Positions 1 through 9,429 of a stretch of 64,000 nt of DNA are shown here, piece by piece; within the stretch, counting starts at the first letter, position 1, and each line of letters starts with the position of its first letter. Made by a program: the position numbers and the translations under genes. Location: the IMG/VR virus record IMGVR_UViG_3300044712_001937, positions 248,001 to 312,000 of that record, one strand, 5' to 3'. Under the pieces are notes generated by a model that did not search any database, was not told the DNA's origin, and saw nothing but the letters and a program-made list of their open reading frames with translations.

Positions 1-1
1 G

Positions 2-355
2 TTTTCGATTCTCAATTTCAAAAATTGAATCATCTTTAGATTCTTTAATGAATGTTTTTATTTCTCTCCAGAATAATCTTCGAATTCTTAATTGTTCTAA
101 ATCGAAATTATCTTTAGGTTTAGTTCCAGATTTTAAGCAACCCTTATCATTATTATTTGATAGTGGACAATCAGTATAGTTACAATTATTATTTTCTTTA
201 TCGAAATAAGGTTTACACATTTGACAATTTAAAGAAAATATAGTAATACCATAATCATCTCTTAATTTTTTAGAATTTAAATTAAGAGAAATAATATCAT
301 TAAACTGATTAATAATATTATTACAATATTCTAATATTTTATCTTTTTCAGACAT
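2..355 (-). CDS. Partial Cys-rich hypothetical protein (runs off window edge)
   Basis: Hand translation from ATG at 355: MSEKDKILEYCNN...NCQMCKPY...CNYTDCP...KGC; open to position 1. Confidence 0.6.
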   Translation of the reverse strand, partial: MSEKDKILEYCNNIINQFNDIISLNLNSKKLRDDYGITIFSLNCQMCKPYFDKENNNCNYTDCPLSNNNDKGCLKSGTKPKDNFDLEQLRIRRLFWREIKTFIKESKDDSIFEIENRK

Positions 356-357
356 AA

Positions 358-567
358 TTATTTATTCATAAATCGTTTTACAATTTCCACGTCAATAAGA
401 CTATTTATACGAAGTGCTCTTGTAAATTCTGTACCAATTTGTGGATTTTCAGTAAGTATATAGTTACCTAATTTATATGGTAAATCACCATATTTTTTAC
501 AGGCAATATTATTCTTTATTGAACGTAGTTCATCATCAGTATAAAATTTTATATCTTCGCTTTTCAT
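358..567 (-). CDS. Hypothetical protein
   Basis: 69-aa ORF, co-oriented and coupled to neighbours. Confidence 0.55.
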   Translation of the reverse strand: MKSEDIKFYTDDELRSIKNNIACKKYGDLPYKLGNYILTENPQIGTEFTRALRINSLIDVEIVKRFMNK

Positions 568-1166
568 TGAATTTTATGTATTAATGAATTTATTAACCCA
601 AATGTGCTACCAATTAAATGTTTATCTTCATTAGTTAATGACTTAAATTCAGGATTTTTAATTAAAAGTTGAAGATTATCTTTAAATGGAATTAATGATT
701 TTATATTTTCAATCCAAACCGGATTAAGAAGAATATCAATATTTCTATCTTCTTTCCATCTGAATATTTTGAATTCAGAAAGATTAGCTTTTCCAATTTC
801 CCATTCACCATATTCAAAAACACTTCTTAATAAATTACCATTACCTTCCAACATCCATTTGCAAGATTTAACAGCACCCCAATGATTTGAATATCGAAAT
901 ACATCACCATTTTCAGTAATTGCATATTCACTACCACTCGGACTTTTATGTTGGTAAATTAAATTTTGTTTCATAACACCAAAATCCCATGTTTCATGAA
1001 TATTATCGTGAGTATTTTCAATTTTTTTGAAATCAACACTCGTACAAATATGAAAGTTTGAAGTGTTAATTGTAGTATTAAGCTCACGAAAATGTATATA
1101 TCGGATATTTTCAAGCTCATTAATGAGCTTTAAATTTTCTTCAATATGTTCTTTAGGTATCATCAT
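564..1166 (-). CDS. Hypothetical protein
   Basis: 200-aa ORF with a class A promoter motif upstream. Confidence 0.7.
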   Translation of the reverse strand: MMIPKEHIEENLKLINELENIRYIHFRELNTTINTSNFHICTSVDFKKIENTHDNIHETWDFGVMKQNLIYQHKSPSGSEYAITENGDVFRYSNHWGAVKSCKWMLEGNGNLLRSVFEYGEWEIGKANLSEFKIFRWKEDRNIDILLNPVWIENIKSLIPFKDNLQLLIKNPEFKSLTNEDKHLIGSTFGLINSLIHKIQ

Positions 1167-1187
1167 TATAATTCATTTTTTATAAGA

Positions 1188-1214
1188 TACGATAAATCAT
1201 TCAATATGTTACAA
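1188..1214 (-). promoter_or_regulatory. Class A phage promoter TTGTAAC-N16-CGTA
   Basis: One of about 14 copies with the same spacing, all located upstream of genes. Confidence 0.65.
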
Positions 1215-1238
1215 AAAAACCCACTAATTAGTGGGTTA
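1213..1238 (-). terminator. Intrinsic terminator
   Basis: AACCCAC-TAATTA-GTGGGTT hairpin followed by a T-run on minus. Confidence 0.7.
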
Positions 1239-1643
1239 AATTTTATCTTCAATTGCCAAACATTGATTTATTAAATCATATTTATCATCTGATTTAAAAA
1301 TAATAGGTTTAAATGTTATACCAAATTCACTAAGAAAAAAGCATTTAGCTCTTTTATTACCAATATATATTCTTTTAATTAAACCATTATTATCGAAATT
1401 CATTACCCTTAACTTTCCACTACGCCAAATAATATGATTTTTTTTAACTTCTGGAGGGATATATTGAAATGAACCATTCTCTATTCTACCACCTCCAAAA
1501 TATGTTGGATTTAAATATGTTACAAATTTACCATTTTTTCTCATTTCTTCAACACATGCCTTATGGTCATAACTTACATATATAAATTTACAACCAGATA
1601 AAACAACTTCTTTAATGATGTGATATGGTATAGTTGAAATCAT
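1236..1643 (-). CDS. Hypothetical protein
   Basis: 135-aa ORF. Confidence 0.65.
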   Translation of the reverse strand: MISTIPYHIIKEVVLSGCKFIYVSYDHKACVEEMRKNGKFVTYLNPTYFGGGRIENGSFQYIPPEVKKNHIIWRSGKLRVMNFDNNGLIKRIYIGNKRAKCFFLSEFGITFKPIIFKSDDKYDLINQCLAIEDKI

Positions 1644-1656
1644 AAACCCTTTGATA

Positions 1657-1842
1657 TTAATAAAAACAACAAATTAATAAGTAGAAAAACAAGAAACAGC
1701 ATAAACCAAACTTCAGGTTTTTTAATTCAACTATAAATTCTTTCCAGAATTTTTTACTTTTATCGTAACTCGATGCATTCATTCCTTTAACCAAAAATAC
1801 TATGGTTAAATATAGTAGTACTTGTAAAACATATATATTCAT
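1657..1842 (-). CDS. Small two-TM membrane protein
   Basis: Two hydrophobic segments. Confidence 0.5.
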   Translation of the reverse strand: MNIYVLQVLLYLTIVFLVKGMNASSYDKSKKFWKEFIVELKNLKFGLCCFLFFYLLICCFY

Positions 1843-1863
1843 ATAAATTTTAATTTAAAGTTA

Positions 1864-2463
1864 TTATTTCAACATTTCTGCATAGCTACGTATTGACTCA
1901 TAATCATTTAAATTATTCTTCAAAAATGTAACTTGTCTTAAATACAGTTCCTTACTTAATATTCCAGATTGAATTAATGCGAAGCCATCATTCATGTCTT
2001 TATCTCTACCAAGTTCAAGTTTCATAATAGCTAAAAGTTCAGGATTGATAATTTTAACGTTAATATTGTTAATTTTAGCATATTTAAATGTTTTAAATAT
2101 AAAACTATTTATAGCTTTATTACCAACATTAGCATCAAGATAATCAGTATTGAAATCCTCTACAGTAATACCTAATAAACCAAGATTTCCAACACGTACA
2201 GCTTTATATAGAATATCTTCATTATCTAATTTAGATTTAAGTAATTCCATATCATCAACCATAAAATCAATATCTGGAGTTAGGTCTCTACCACCTTTTA
2301 GGTAATAAACTAATGCTGTTCCACCAATAAGTACAGCATTTGGGTAATTATTAACAGTCCATTCAATACCATTGGCAATTGCGACTAATTGAGATTCAGA
2401 TAATATAGATAATTTTTCATATAAATTTACTGAACCATAGTGTTCTTTAATTAATTTTTTCAT
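1864..2463 (-). CDS. Pol-beta-superfamily nucleotidyltransferase (AbiEii/DUF6036-like)
   Basis: LIGGTAL...TPDIDF catalytic motif; C-terminal LAIMKL..GRDKDMND. Confidence 0.75.
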   Translation of the reverse strand: MKKLIKEHYGSVNLYEKLSILSESQLVAIANGIEWTVNNYPNAVLIGGTALVYYLKGGRDLTPDIDFMVDDMELLKSKLDNEDILYKAVRVGNLGLLGITVEDFNTDYLDANVGNKAINSFIFKTFKYAKINNINVKIINPELLAIMKLELGRDKDMNDGFALIQSGILSKELYLRQVTFLKNNLNDYESIRSYAEMLK

Positions 2464-2465
2464 AT

Positions 2466-3158
2466 TTAAAATAAATTTTCTACTTTGAATGACATTTCTA
2501 TGCCATCTATATTAAATACTTTGTTTCCCCAAGTATAATACTTATAACCTGAATTTTTTACAATAGGAATTATATCTTCCCTACATTTAGGGTCTGTTGA
2601 GACCGATAACTTAGAATTAAAAACGTATTTCCAACTCATTGCTTTTTCTGGAATATTGTCTTTAAGTTTTTCAGACAGTTCATCTACTGTGATTTTACAT
2701 GCATCTAAAAAATTTTCATTTCGATACCAGTTTGGACATAGATGTTCAGGTAGACCTAATCTTTCAGATTCAGTTTTCCATTCAGTTTTAACCCAATTAC
2801 CATGATTATCATATAATTCCCAACCATTATCAATTAAAAATTGTTCAGTAAATAAACTATTTTCAAACTCTTCTTTAAATTTAAGATAATTTTTATAACG
2901 ATTATTTCTTAAAGCAAGATTTTGTTTTTTATTATCTTCGATTCTATCATTAAATTCTTCATCAGTTTCTAAGCGTTTTCTATAAACTTCAAAATAATGA
3001 AAATCAGGAGTCCAACAATCATTATCATGATATCCTTCTTCAAAACTAGTTTGAATCACATCATCAGGTAAGATTGTAAACTTAACTTCTGACAATTGTA
3101 TTTTTATAGGACTATGTAATGTATAAACACATTCATCCACATATTTTTTATCTGCCAT
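2466..3158 (-). CDS. Hypothetical protein
   Basis: 230-aa ORF. Confidence 0.7.
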   Translation of the reverse strand: MADKKYVDECVYTLHSPIKIQLSEVKFTILPDDVIQTSFEEGYHDNDCWTPDFHYFEVYRKRLETDEEFNDRIEDNKKQNLALRNNRYKNYLKFKEEFENSLFTEQFLIDNGWELYDNHGNWVKTEWKTESERLGLPEHLCPNWYRNENFLDACKITVDELSEKLKDNIPEKAMSWKYVFNSKLSVSTDPKCREDIIPIVKNSGYKYYTWGNKVFNIDGIEMSFKVENLF

Positions 3159-3567
3159 TTTTTAACTGTTTTAAAATTTCAGGAAAATATTTATCGCAAG
3201 AAGAATCTTTAGTTGATACTCTATATGTATAACTGGAATTATCAAATCTCTTATGTAACCAATCATCCTTTTTAAAGAATGTATAAGAACCATATACAAT
3301 TTCTTTTCTATTAATCAATTCAAGAATTTCTTTCACGAGTTCAATTCGTTTATTAAATTTTAATATCCTTGAATATGAGGTTTTAGCACTACGATTAACA
3401 CCATCGTAATCATCACAAGTACATTCCCTTGAAACATGACAATTATGCTTAAAGCACCATCTCTCAGTTTTAGCAACTTCATAGTGCGCTGCATGTTTTC
3501 TGGGTTGTTTGGGTCTGTTTGAATTTAAACATGAACCACAAGATTTTCCTAATTTAATTTCAATCAT
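3148..3567 (-). CDS. Cys-rich hypothetical protein (possible metal binding)
   Basis: CGSCLNS...WCFKH...CTCDDY. Confidence 0.6.
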   Translation of the reverse strand: MIEIKLGKSCGSCLNSNRPKQPRKHAAHYEVAKTERWCFKHNCHVSRECTCDDYDGVNRSAKTSYSRILKFNKRIELVKEILELINRKEIVYGSYTFFKKDDWLHKRFDNSSYTYRVSTKDSSCDKYFPEILKQLKNGR

Positions 3568-3624
3568 TTAAATTGAGATAATATAAATATTTCCGGATAA
3601 ATATACGAATAATAATTTAATTTG

Positions 3625-3918
3625 TTACTTTTTATCATTATAAAAATCATGAGTTTCAATTCCGGTGGAATTTTTTATTAATTTACGAATTTCATTACCT
3701 GCCCAAAATGCCATATATTCTCTATCCTTTAAATCCATTTTTTCAGTTTCCTGTAAATCATAAATTTTATCCATTAAAACAGATGAAAATATCTTAGTAG
3801 CTGCTCTTAATGCATCATCAGAAAAGTTAGGTTTAGAACCATTAAATGCTTCAAATTCCAATAAAGCATTCTCTATTTCAACAAGTATAGGTGTTAATTT
3901 ACTTCCAATTGTTTCCAT
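3625..3918 (-). CDS. Hypothetical protein
   Basis: 97-aa ORF. Confidence 0.65.
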   Translation of the reverse strand: METIGSKLTPILVEIENALLEFEAFNGSKPNFSDDALRAATKIFSSVLMDKIYDLQETEKMDLKDREYMAFWAGNEIRKLIKNSTGIETHDFYNDKK

Positions 3919-4170
3919 TATTCTTTATTTGTCATATGTATTATTGTTATATAATTTTGTATATGTATATTACTAATGTTTTAAACACTTATGTTAATTA
4001 ATTAGTTATAAGCCATGTATCAGTTTACTATGTAAAACATCTAACCTATCGCATACAGTATTGTAATAACTTCTGTAACCATCTTCAAACTTATGTTTAT
4101 TTCTCATTTCCCTTAGTTCATTTAACATTTTATCTATTTTTTGCACTTCCGAATCACAGTTTATAGTGTA

Positions 4171-4398
4171 TTATTTTTGTTTTGGATAATAATATTTTAA
4201 ATTTATTTTTAAAATATATAAGTCCTTAATAAACTTATTCATCAAATCTCTTTCTGCGAAGAAACGAATGTTTTTTGTTCCATCTTTAAATTTGGTAGGT
4301 GGTGCTGTATTATCAATTAATTTAGATAGTTTATCTATTTCACACTCAACATCTTTAATTGATATAAATCCAAGTTTAAATAATATTATTTTTATCAT
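4171..4398 (-). CDS. Hypothetical protein; reading frame stays open for about 54 more codons after its TAA
   Basis: ORF track plus hand translation past 4171. Confidence 0.55.
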   Translation of the reverse strand: MIKIILFKLGFISIKDVECEIDKLSKLIDNTAPPTKFKDGTKNIRFFAERDLMNKFIKDLYILKINLKYYYPKQK

Positions 4399-4492
4399 AT
4401 TTAATTGGTTAGTAAATATAAAAATTATTCATCGTACTCATATAAACCAACATAATTCATCGGGTCGTTGGATAAATAACGTTTATATTCAT

Positions 4493-4699
4493 TTAATAAG
4501 TATAATTATTTATTATGTACATTTTTAAGTTTCGTAATGTCATTATCTTTATACATATCTCTTTCAATACAAATTCACCTTCTGCAACAAATGCATTTAA
4601 AATATCTACTCTTGTATACATTTTTTTATAATCTAATTCAGGAATTTCACCATATCCAGAATAACTTGTTGCTTTTTCTTTAAGTTTAATATTACTCAT
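4493..4699 (-). CDS. Hypothetical protein
   Basis: 68-aa ORF. Confidence 0.4.
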   Translation of the reverse strand: MSNIKLKEKATSYSGYGEIPELDYKKMYTRVDILNAFVAEGEFVLKEICIKIMTLRNLKMYIINNYTY

Positions 4700-4730
4700 A
4701 ATTTTAACTTAAGTATATAGTGGTTTATAT

Positions 4731-5147
4731 TTATTCTTTATCTAAAAATTTTATAAGTTTTTTAATTGCATCAAATTGTCCCCATGTTAATTGAAATCTT
4801 TGTGATAAGGTATAACAAATATCTACATCAAAACCTTCACCATTATGCCAGTACGATATTTCAATATAATCATCCTTTTTTGCAAAATAATCAATTTTTT
4901 TTAATTCTTCTCCAGAAACATTGGCAGATTTTTTTTTATATTTTTCCATAATTGTTTTTATATCATCAATATTAAAATCACTTGATTTACCTATTGTTAT
5001 TTTAGTGTTAATAAATTCAAGTTTTCGTTTCGGTACAACATTTACTGATAACCCAATACATTCCCCATCTTTATTAAGAGGTTCTAACTTGAATTCATTT
5101 ATTTCGTATCCAAGTTCTTTTTCAATCATTTCTTTTGTAATTTCCAT
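4731..5147 (-). CDS. Hypothetical phage protein (likely start MEITK at 5147)
   Basis: C-terminal DDYIEISYWHNGEGFDV segment; TAAATTTG element upstream. Confidence 0.6.
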   Translation of the reverse strand: MEITKEMIEKELGYEINEFKLEPLNKDGECIGLSVNVVPKRKLEFINTKITIGKSSDFNIDDIKTIMEKYKKKSANVSGEELKKIDYFAKKDDYIEISYWHNGEGFDVDICYTLSQRFQLTWGQFDAIKKLIKFLDKE

Positions 5148-5187
5148 AATATTGATATAAATCATCTATAATTAGCAAATTTAATCT

Positions 5188-5195
5188 GTATTTAT
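5188..5195 (+). promoter_or_regulatory. Class B (putative late) promoter GTATTTAT
   Basis: 17 nt upstream of ATG 5213; motif recurs before at least 10 other genes. Confidence 0.6.
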
Positions 5196-5212
5196 GATAA
5201 AAACAAATTATT

Positions 5213-5767
5213 ATGGATATTAAAGAGATAAAAAACGGAGATTCATTTTTAGTTAATGGCGATACATTCCTAAGTCGCACTATTTGTAAAGTAATGAAAC
5301 ATTGGGGAAAGAAGAAAGGATATAATACCACTATTCTTTACAGTCATGCAGCCAGATTTTGTTGGATTGCTGACGAATTGTATTTATTTGGTAGTGTTGA
5401 TAATGGTTATCAACCAATTAAATTTAGATTGCATTATGATTGGAATAAAGATGATTTCGCAATCATGAGACGTAAAACTGAATTAAGTGCTACTGAAGAA
5501 AAACAAACAATCAATTATTGTTTACATTTAGATACTGTAAGTGTAGGGTATCAATATTGGAATTTCATTCAATGGCTATTATTAGCATATGTAGGAATAA
5601 ATACATTCAAGAAAGGTACTAATGATAGTTTTAATTATTGCTATGAAAGTGAACGTAAATGTAGAAAAGATTTAAATCCTGAAAATTATGGTGATGTTTC
5701 TCAAACTGATATTTTTGATTTATTGTATGACCCAAATTATACAATCCTATATCGCTCTAAGAAATAA
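5213..5767 (+). CDS. Putative permuted papain-like (NlpC/P60, YiiX-like) peptidase/amidase
   Basis: N-terminal GDSFLV..., YSHAAR His motif, C-terminal YCYES Cys motif in permuted order. Confidence 0.5.
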   Translation: MDIKEIKNGDSFLVNGDTFLSRTICKVMKHWGKKKGYNTTILYSHAARFCWIADELYLFGSVDNGYQPIKFRLHYDWNKDDFAIMRRKTELSATEEKQTINYCLHLDTVSVGYQYWNFIQWLLLAYVGINTFKKGTNDSFNYCYESERKCRKDLNPENYGDVSQTDIFDLLYDPNYTILYRSKK

Positions 5768-5775
5768 CATTAAAT

Positions 5776-5820
5776 AAAAAAATCTCGCCAATTTGACGAG
5801 ATTTTGGCGAGATTTTTTTA
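5776..5820. terminator. Bidirectional terminator between convergent genes
   Basis: AAAATCTCGCCAA / TTGGCGAGATTTT stem, A/T runs on both sides; loop holds a second CGAGATT copy. Confidence 0.7.
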
Positions 5821-5829
5821 TTTAATTTA

Positions 5830-6408
5830 TTATCCGAACATTATAGCATACGTTAATCCTATTGCACCTGCAAAGAAAAATATATGTAATACTTTTACAA
5901 ACTCAACTCCTTCATATTCAGCACCCTGAATAATTTCATACTCTTTAGGTAGCCAAAATTTCCATCCATTATCTTTAACTACAATACGTCTTGTACACAT
6001 ATTTTTATAACTACGGAAAATAAAAAATGTCACTATAAACATGAATATTAACCCAATTATAATTCGCATAAAATCTTTACCTACAACTTTCCAAGCAATC
6101 ATAATCATTGTAAATCGACCAACATCTGTTTTTCCAAATTTATCGGCAACATCAACAACAGCATTTAAACCTTCTTTCACAGCAGTTCCAACTTCACCAC
6201 CGACTCCAACCCATTTTCCATAAGTATCGAGTTTCTTTTGAAGTTCAGCAGCAGTTTGTTCAGCTTTAATTTTAGTCAATTGCTCAACTGTTAAATCAGT
6301 TGCATTAACTGTAAACTTTTCAGGAGTTGAACTTTGAGCATTTGCATTAGGACAACACGCAACCACAATAACTGCGATAATTAATGATAAAATAATTTTT
6401 TTTTTCAT
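5830..6408 (-). CDS. Membrane protein with signal peptide
   Basis: N-terminal signal peptide, two or three TM segments. Confidence 0.7.
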   Translation of the reverse strand: MKKKIILSLIIAVIVVACCPNANAQSSTPEKFTVNATDLTVEQLTKIKAEQTAAELQKKLDTYGKWVGVGGEVGTAVKEGLNAVVDVADKFGKTDVGRFTMIMIAWKVVGKDFMRIIIGLIFMFIVTFFIFRSYKNMCTRRIVVKDNGWKFWLPKEYEIIQGAEYEGVEFVKVLHIFFFAGAIGLTYAIMFG

Positions 6409-6534
6409 ACGTTTAAATTTATATTAGTTCTTAAGTTTAAAATTATTAATACGTTTAAATATTAAAATTGTTGCACCAAAAATAAAAAAACCCTCACAAT
6501 ACTGCAAGGGTTTTTCAATATAATTTTTTATTAT

Positions 6535-7335
6535 TTATTTAATACCACCAACAAGAGCATTAACCGGAGTGTTACCGTATAATGGAGTTTTACCATCCCA
6601 TTTTTCGATAAACTGTTGCATAAGAATTTCTTTAGTTAAACCTTTTGATAAGTTTATATTTTCTTGTGCTTTAAGTAGTGCCAATTCATTCTTTTTCTTT
6701 TGTTCGGTAATTTGCTGGTCGATTACAGAAATATTGGTATTTACTTCATTACGACTATCAATTTTAGCTTTTACTTTATCGGTAAATTCAAGCTGGCTGG
6801 AGAATGTTAATAATTCTAATCCTTTAGCATTAAATTCTTTTTTAACTAATTCTTGCACTTTATTTTCAAATCGAAGTGAACCACCATTTGCCATTAAAGT
6901 ATCGGTAGTATACATACGTGATTCTTCTTTCATTAAATCATAAATCTTAGTTTCCAAAATATTATCTTCTAATGCTTTCATGAAATCTGAACCAGAACCT
7001 AATTGTTTATTATCAAATACAACATCAACTGCACGTTCTTTAATAATTTTATAGGAATACATAGGTTTGCTACTAAAATCAGTATTATCCGCAGCTTTCA
7101 AATGTAAAATTCTATCACCAAAATCGGCACGTTGTTCCCATAATGGAACTTGAAAAAGTTCAGTACCGGGAGCTAAAACATTAACACGACCCATTTGTAA
7201 ACTAAAATCGGATTTACCGTTTTTACCATAATTTTCCATTAAAACACCTACATAGTTAGGAGCTACACGTTCACATGAAGTGAAAATTGACAAGGCAGTT
7301 ACTGCCAATAAAAGGAACAGACTAATTTTTCTCAT
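6535..7335 (-). CDS. SPFH/band-7 domain lipoprotein
   Basis: Lipobox-like FTSC; VAPNYVGV, C-terminal QQFIEKWDGKTP typical of phage SPFH proteins. Confidence 0.8.
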   Translation of the reverse strand: MRKISLFLLLAVTALSIFTSCERVAPNYVGVLMENYGKNGKSDFSLQMGRVNVLAPGTELFQVPLWEQRADFGDRILHLKAADNTDFSSKPMYSYKIIKERAVDVVFDNKQLGSGSDFMKALEDNILETKIYDLMKEESRMYTTDTLMANGGSLRFENKVQELVKKEFNAKGLELLTFSSQLEFTDKVKAKIDSRNEVNTNISVIDQQITEQKKKNELALLKAQENINLSKGLTKEILMQQFIEKWDGKTPLYGNTPVNALVGGIK

Positions 7336-7498
7336 TAATTTTTGATTTTAATTGTTTATAAAAATAATTGATTGTTAAGCCTATAGTTAAAGCATATGCA
7401 ATATATGCTATCCAAGGATTAATGTGATTAAAAATCCAGTTTGATACAAATAGTCCAATTAAAAATGCGACTATTACAACAAGATACATTGATTTCAT
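7322..7498 (-). CDS. Small two-TM protein (58 aa, not in ORF track), SPFH partner
   Basis: Hand translation MKSMYLVVIVAFLIGLFVSNWIFNHINPWIAYIAYALTIGL...; overlaps SPFH start. Confidence 0.65.
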   Translation of the reverse strand: MKSMYLVVIVAFLIGLFVSNWIFNHINPWIAYIAYALTIGLTINYFYKQLKSKINEKN

Positions 7499-7745
7499 AT
7501 TTTAGGTTTTTATAGTTTTAAATGAAAGGGAGACTTCTGCATCATCTCCCTTCCCACAATTGTGTATAAATTCCGCATTTTCATATTTAGGTTAGGAAAA
7601 CACTGCTGCAAAATTAACCTTACTTTTACTTCTTAAAACTTTTAAAATATCTACTTCACTATTCATCCAAAAGAATGAATTTTTGATTTTCTTTTACGCA
7701 TAAAAATCACTCAAGATAGCGAGAGCACAAAACAAGCGGCATATT

Positions 7746-8576
7746 TTAAAGAACTAATTTATTTACCTTATTAAAATATTCAGGATTCAAATTTATATAA
7801 TTAATTTCAAATTTGCAAATTTTTTTTAATCTTAATGCAAAAATTGAATGTGATACTACTATAATTTGCCATTTTTGAGTTAAATTATTAATATATTCCC
7901 AATATAATTTTTGATTATCTAAATCCAAATGTGAATCTAATTCATCAATAAGTAAAGTAGGTTTTCCATCTTTAGGCATTGAATTTAACCAATTTTGAAA
8001 TATATCACTTGTTTTTACCCAAATATCATTATTAGCTTTAGGGTCTAAAGGAGATGGATATTTGGTAGTTAAATTATAAATTTTATTTAATATATTTATT
8101 GATTCTTCACCTTTAGATTTATTACTCATTATTTTTCCTAAAATCTCAATACCTGAAAACAATCCATCACTTTTAGGAAAAGGTGAATCGTAGTTTTTCC
8201 ACATATTATTAGCATCAAAAGTATCTGGAGTTAAATAATGCACCATTGAGCCATCCCAAACAATATTTGAATTAGGATAATTTATATTCCTAATATTCTT
8301 TTTAATTAAATTAGGAATATTATCCCAAGCATTATCTTCATCATTTATCATAAAATTATGAATATCGAAAGGTTTTGGCATAACCGGACTACTATTATCT
8401 TTATTAATAAAACAATTGTTTTTCAATATATTTAATAATACAGATTTACCTGAACCATTACGACCAGTAATAATATTAATACCATCACTAAAATTATAGA
8501 TTATATCTTTATTTTTTTGATGAAATAGTCTATTACTAAAATTAGTTCCCTTTAATAAAGTTATAGATTTAATCAT
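7746..8576 (-). CDS. ABC/SMC-type ATPase
   Basis: Walker A GRNGSGKS, signature-like SKGE, Walker B LLIDELDSHLD, H-loop VVSHS. Confidence 0.8.
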   Translation of the reverse strand: MIKSITLLKGTNFSNRLFHQKNKDIIYNFSDGINIITGRNGSGKSVLLNILKNNCFINKDNSSPVMPKPFDIHNFMINDEDNAWDNIPNLIKKNIRNINYPNSNIVWDGSMVHYLTPDTFDANNMWKNYDSPFPKSDGLFSGIEILGKIMSNKSKGEESINILNKIYNLTTKYPSPLDPKANNDIWVKTSDIFQNWLNSMPKDGKPTLLIDELDSHLDLDNQKLYWEYINNLTQKWQIIVVSHSIFALRLKKICKFEINYINLNPEYFNKVNKLVL

Positions 8577-8974
8577 TTACAGTATTTTTTTATAACTGAT
8601 TTTGCAGTTAATAGTTGACTATTAAAATGAAAAACATATGAGGGAATATAAATATAACTCTTAAGAATTTCATTAAGAGCTTTTATAGTATCAGGATGTT
8701 GTGGAACTAAGCCAGTTTTTTTGCAAGCATCTTTAATTCTATCTCGATACCATTTTTCTACTTGCCCATGTTTTGCTTTTAATCCTTCTTTCTGAGCTTG
8801 ACTTAATTCAATTCTATATTTTTTATCTCCACGAATTTGTTCTTCAGTTAAACCAGTTTCAGACATAATCTGCCGAAGTTTTTTACCTTCATTTTTATTA
8901 GATATATGTTTATCTGGATTATTTGCTATTCTTTTAGACTTAGGTGTAACATACCTTTCATGTACAGTATTCAT
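8573..8974 (-). CDS. Basic hypothetical protein
   Basis: 133-aa Lys/Arg-rich ORF. Confidence 0.65.
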   Translation of the reverse strand: MNTVHERYVTPKSKRIANNPDKHISNKNEGKKLRQIMSETGLTEEQIRGDKKYRIELSQAQKEGLKAKHGQVEKWYRDRIKDACKKTGLVPQHPDTIKALNEILKSYIYIPSYVFHFNSQLLTAKSVIKKYCK

Positions 8975-8976
8975 AA

Positions 8977-9192
8977 TTAGTTTCCTTTAATTTCTTTAAT
9001 AACATTATTCCAAGATTCAATTCGTTTTTGAAGTCTTATTATTCTATTATTAATCAATTCTATTTCATTATCAAAACAATAACAACCTTTAGAAGTTGTA
9101 TGATTTGATAAAACATCTCGTTTATTCAACAATATTACTATTTTACAAATTAATTTTCGACAATACCATTCAATAATTTTAATAAAAATCAT
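8977..9192 (-). CDS. Hypothetical protein
   Basis: 71-aa ORF with class A promoter upstream (9221-9247). Confidence 0.55.
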   Translation of the reverse strand: MIFIKIIEWYCRKLICKIVILLNKRDVLSNHTTSKGCYCFDNEIELINNRIIRLQKRIESWNNVIKEIKGN

Positions 9193-9249
9193 AAGTAATA
9201 AAATATAAATTTAGTGTTATTACGGAATTAAAAATTTTTTGTTACAAAA

Positions 9250-9428
9250 AAGAAACAATTAACAAGGTGATTCCCATTGCCATATTCTCCGTTCGCATTT
9301 AAGCTACTAAATGAGAGACTTAATTGTTTCAATAAGGCGAACCGACTGATGTGCTAACAGAACGACACTTAATGGATTCTGTTCTTTATGCAAAGTATAC
9401 ACCACTTTTACCCTTTCCTTCAGTCGAT
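9250..9428 (-). ncRNA. Candidate two-domain structured RNA element
   Basis: GC-enriched; 11-bp stem 9252-9262/9320-9330, 7-bp stem 9343-9349/9420-9426 enclosing hairpin 9356-9383; ends in a T-run on minus. Confidence 0.4.
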
Positions 9429-9429
9429 T

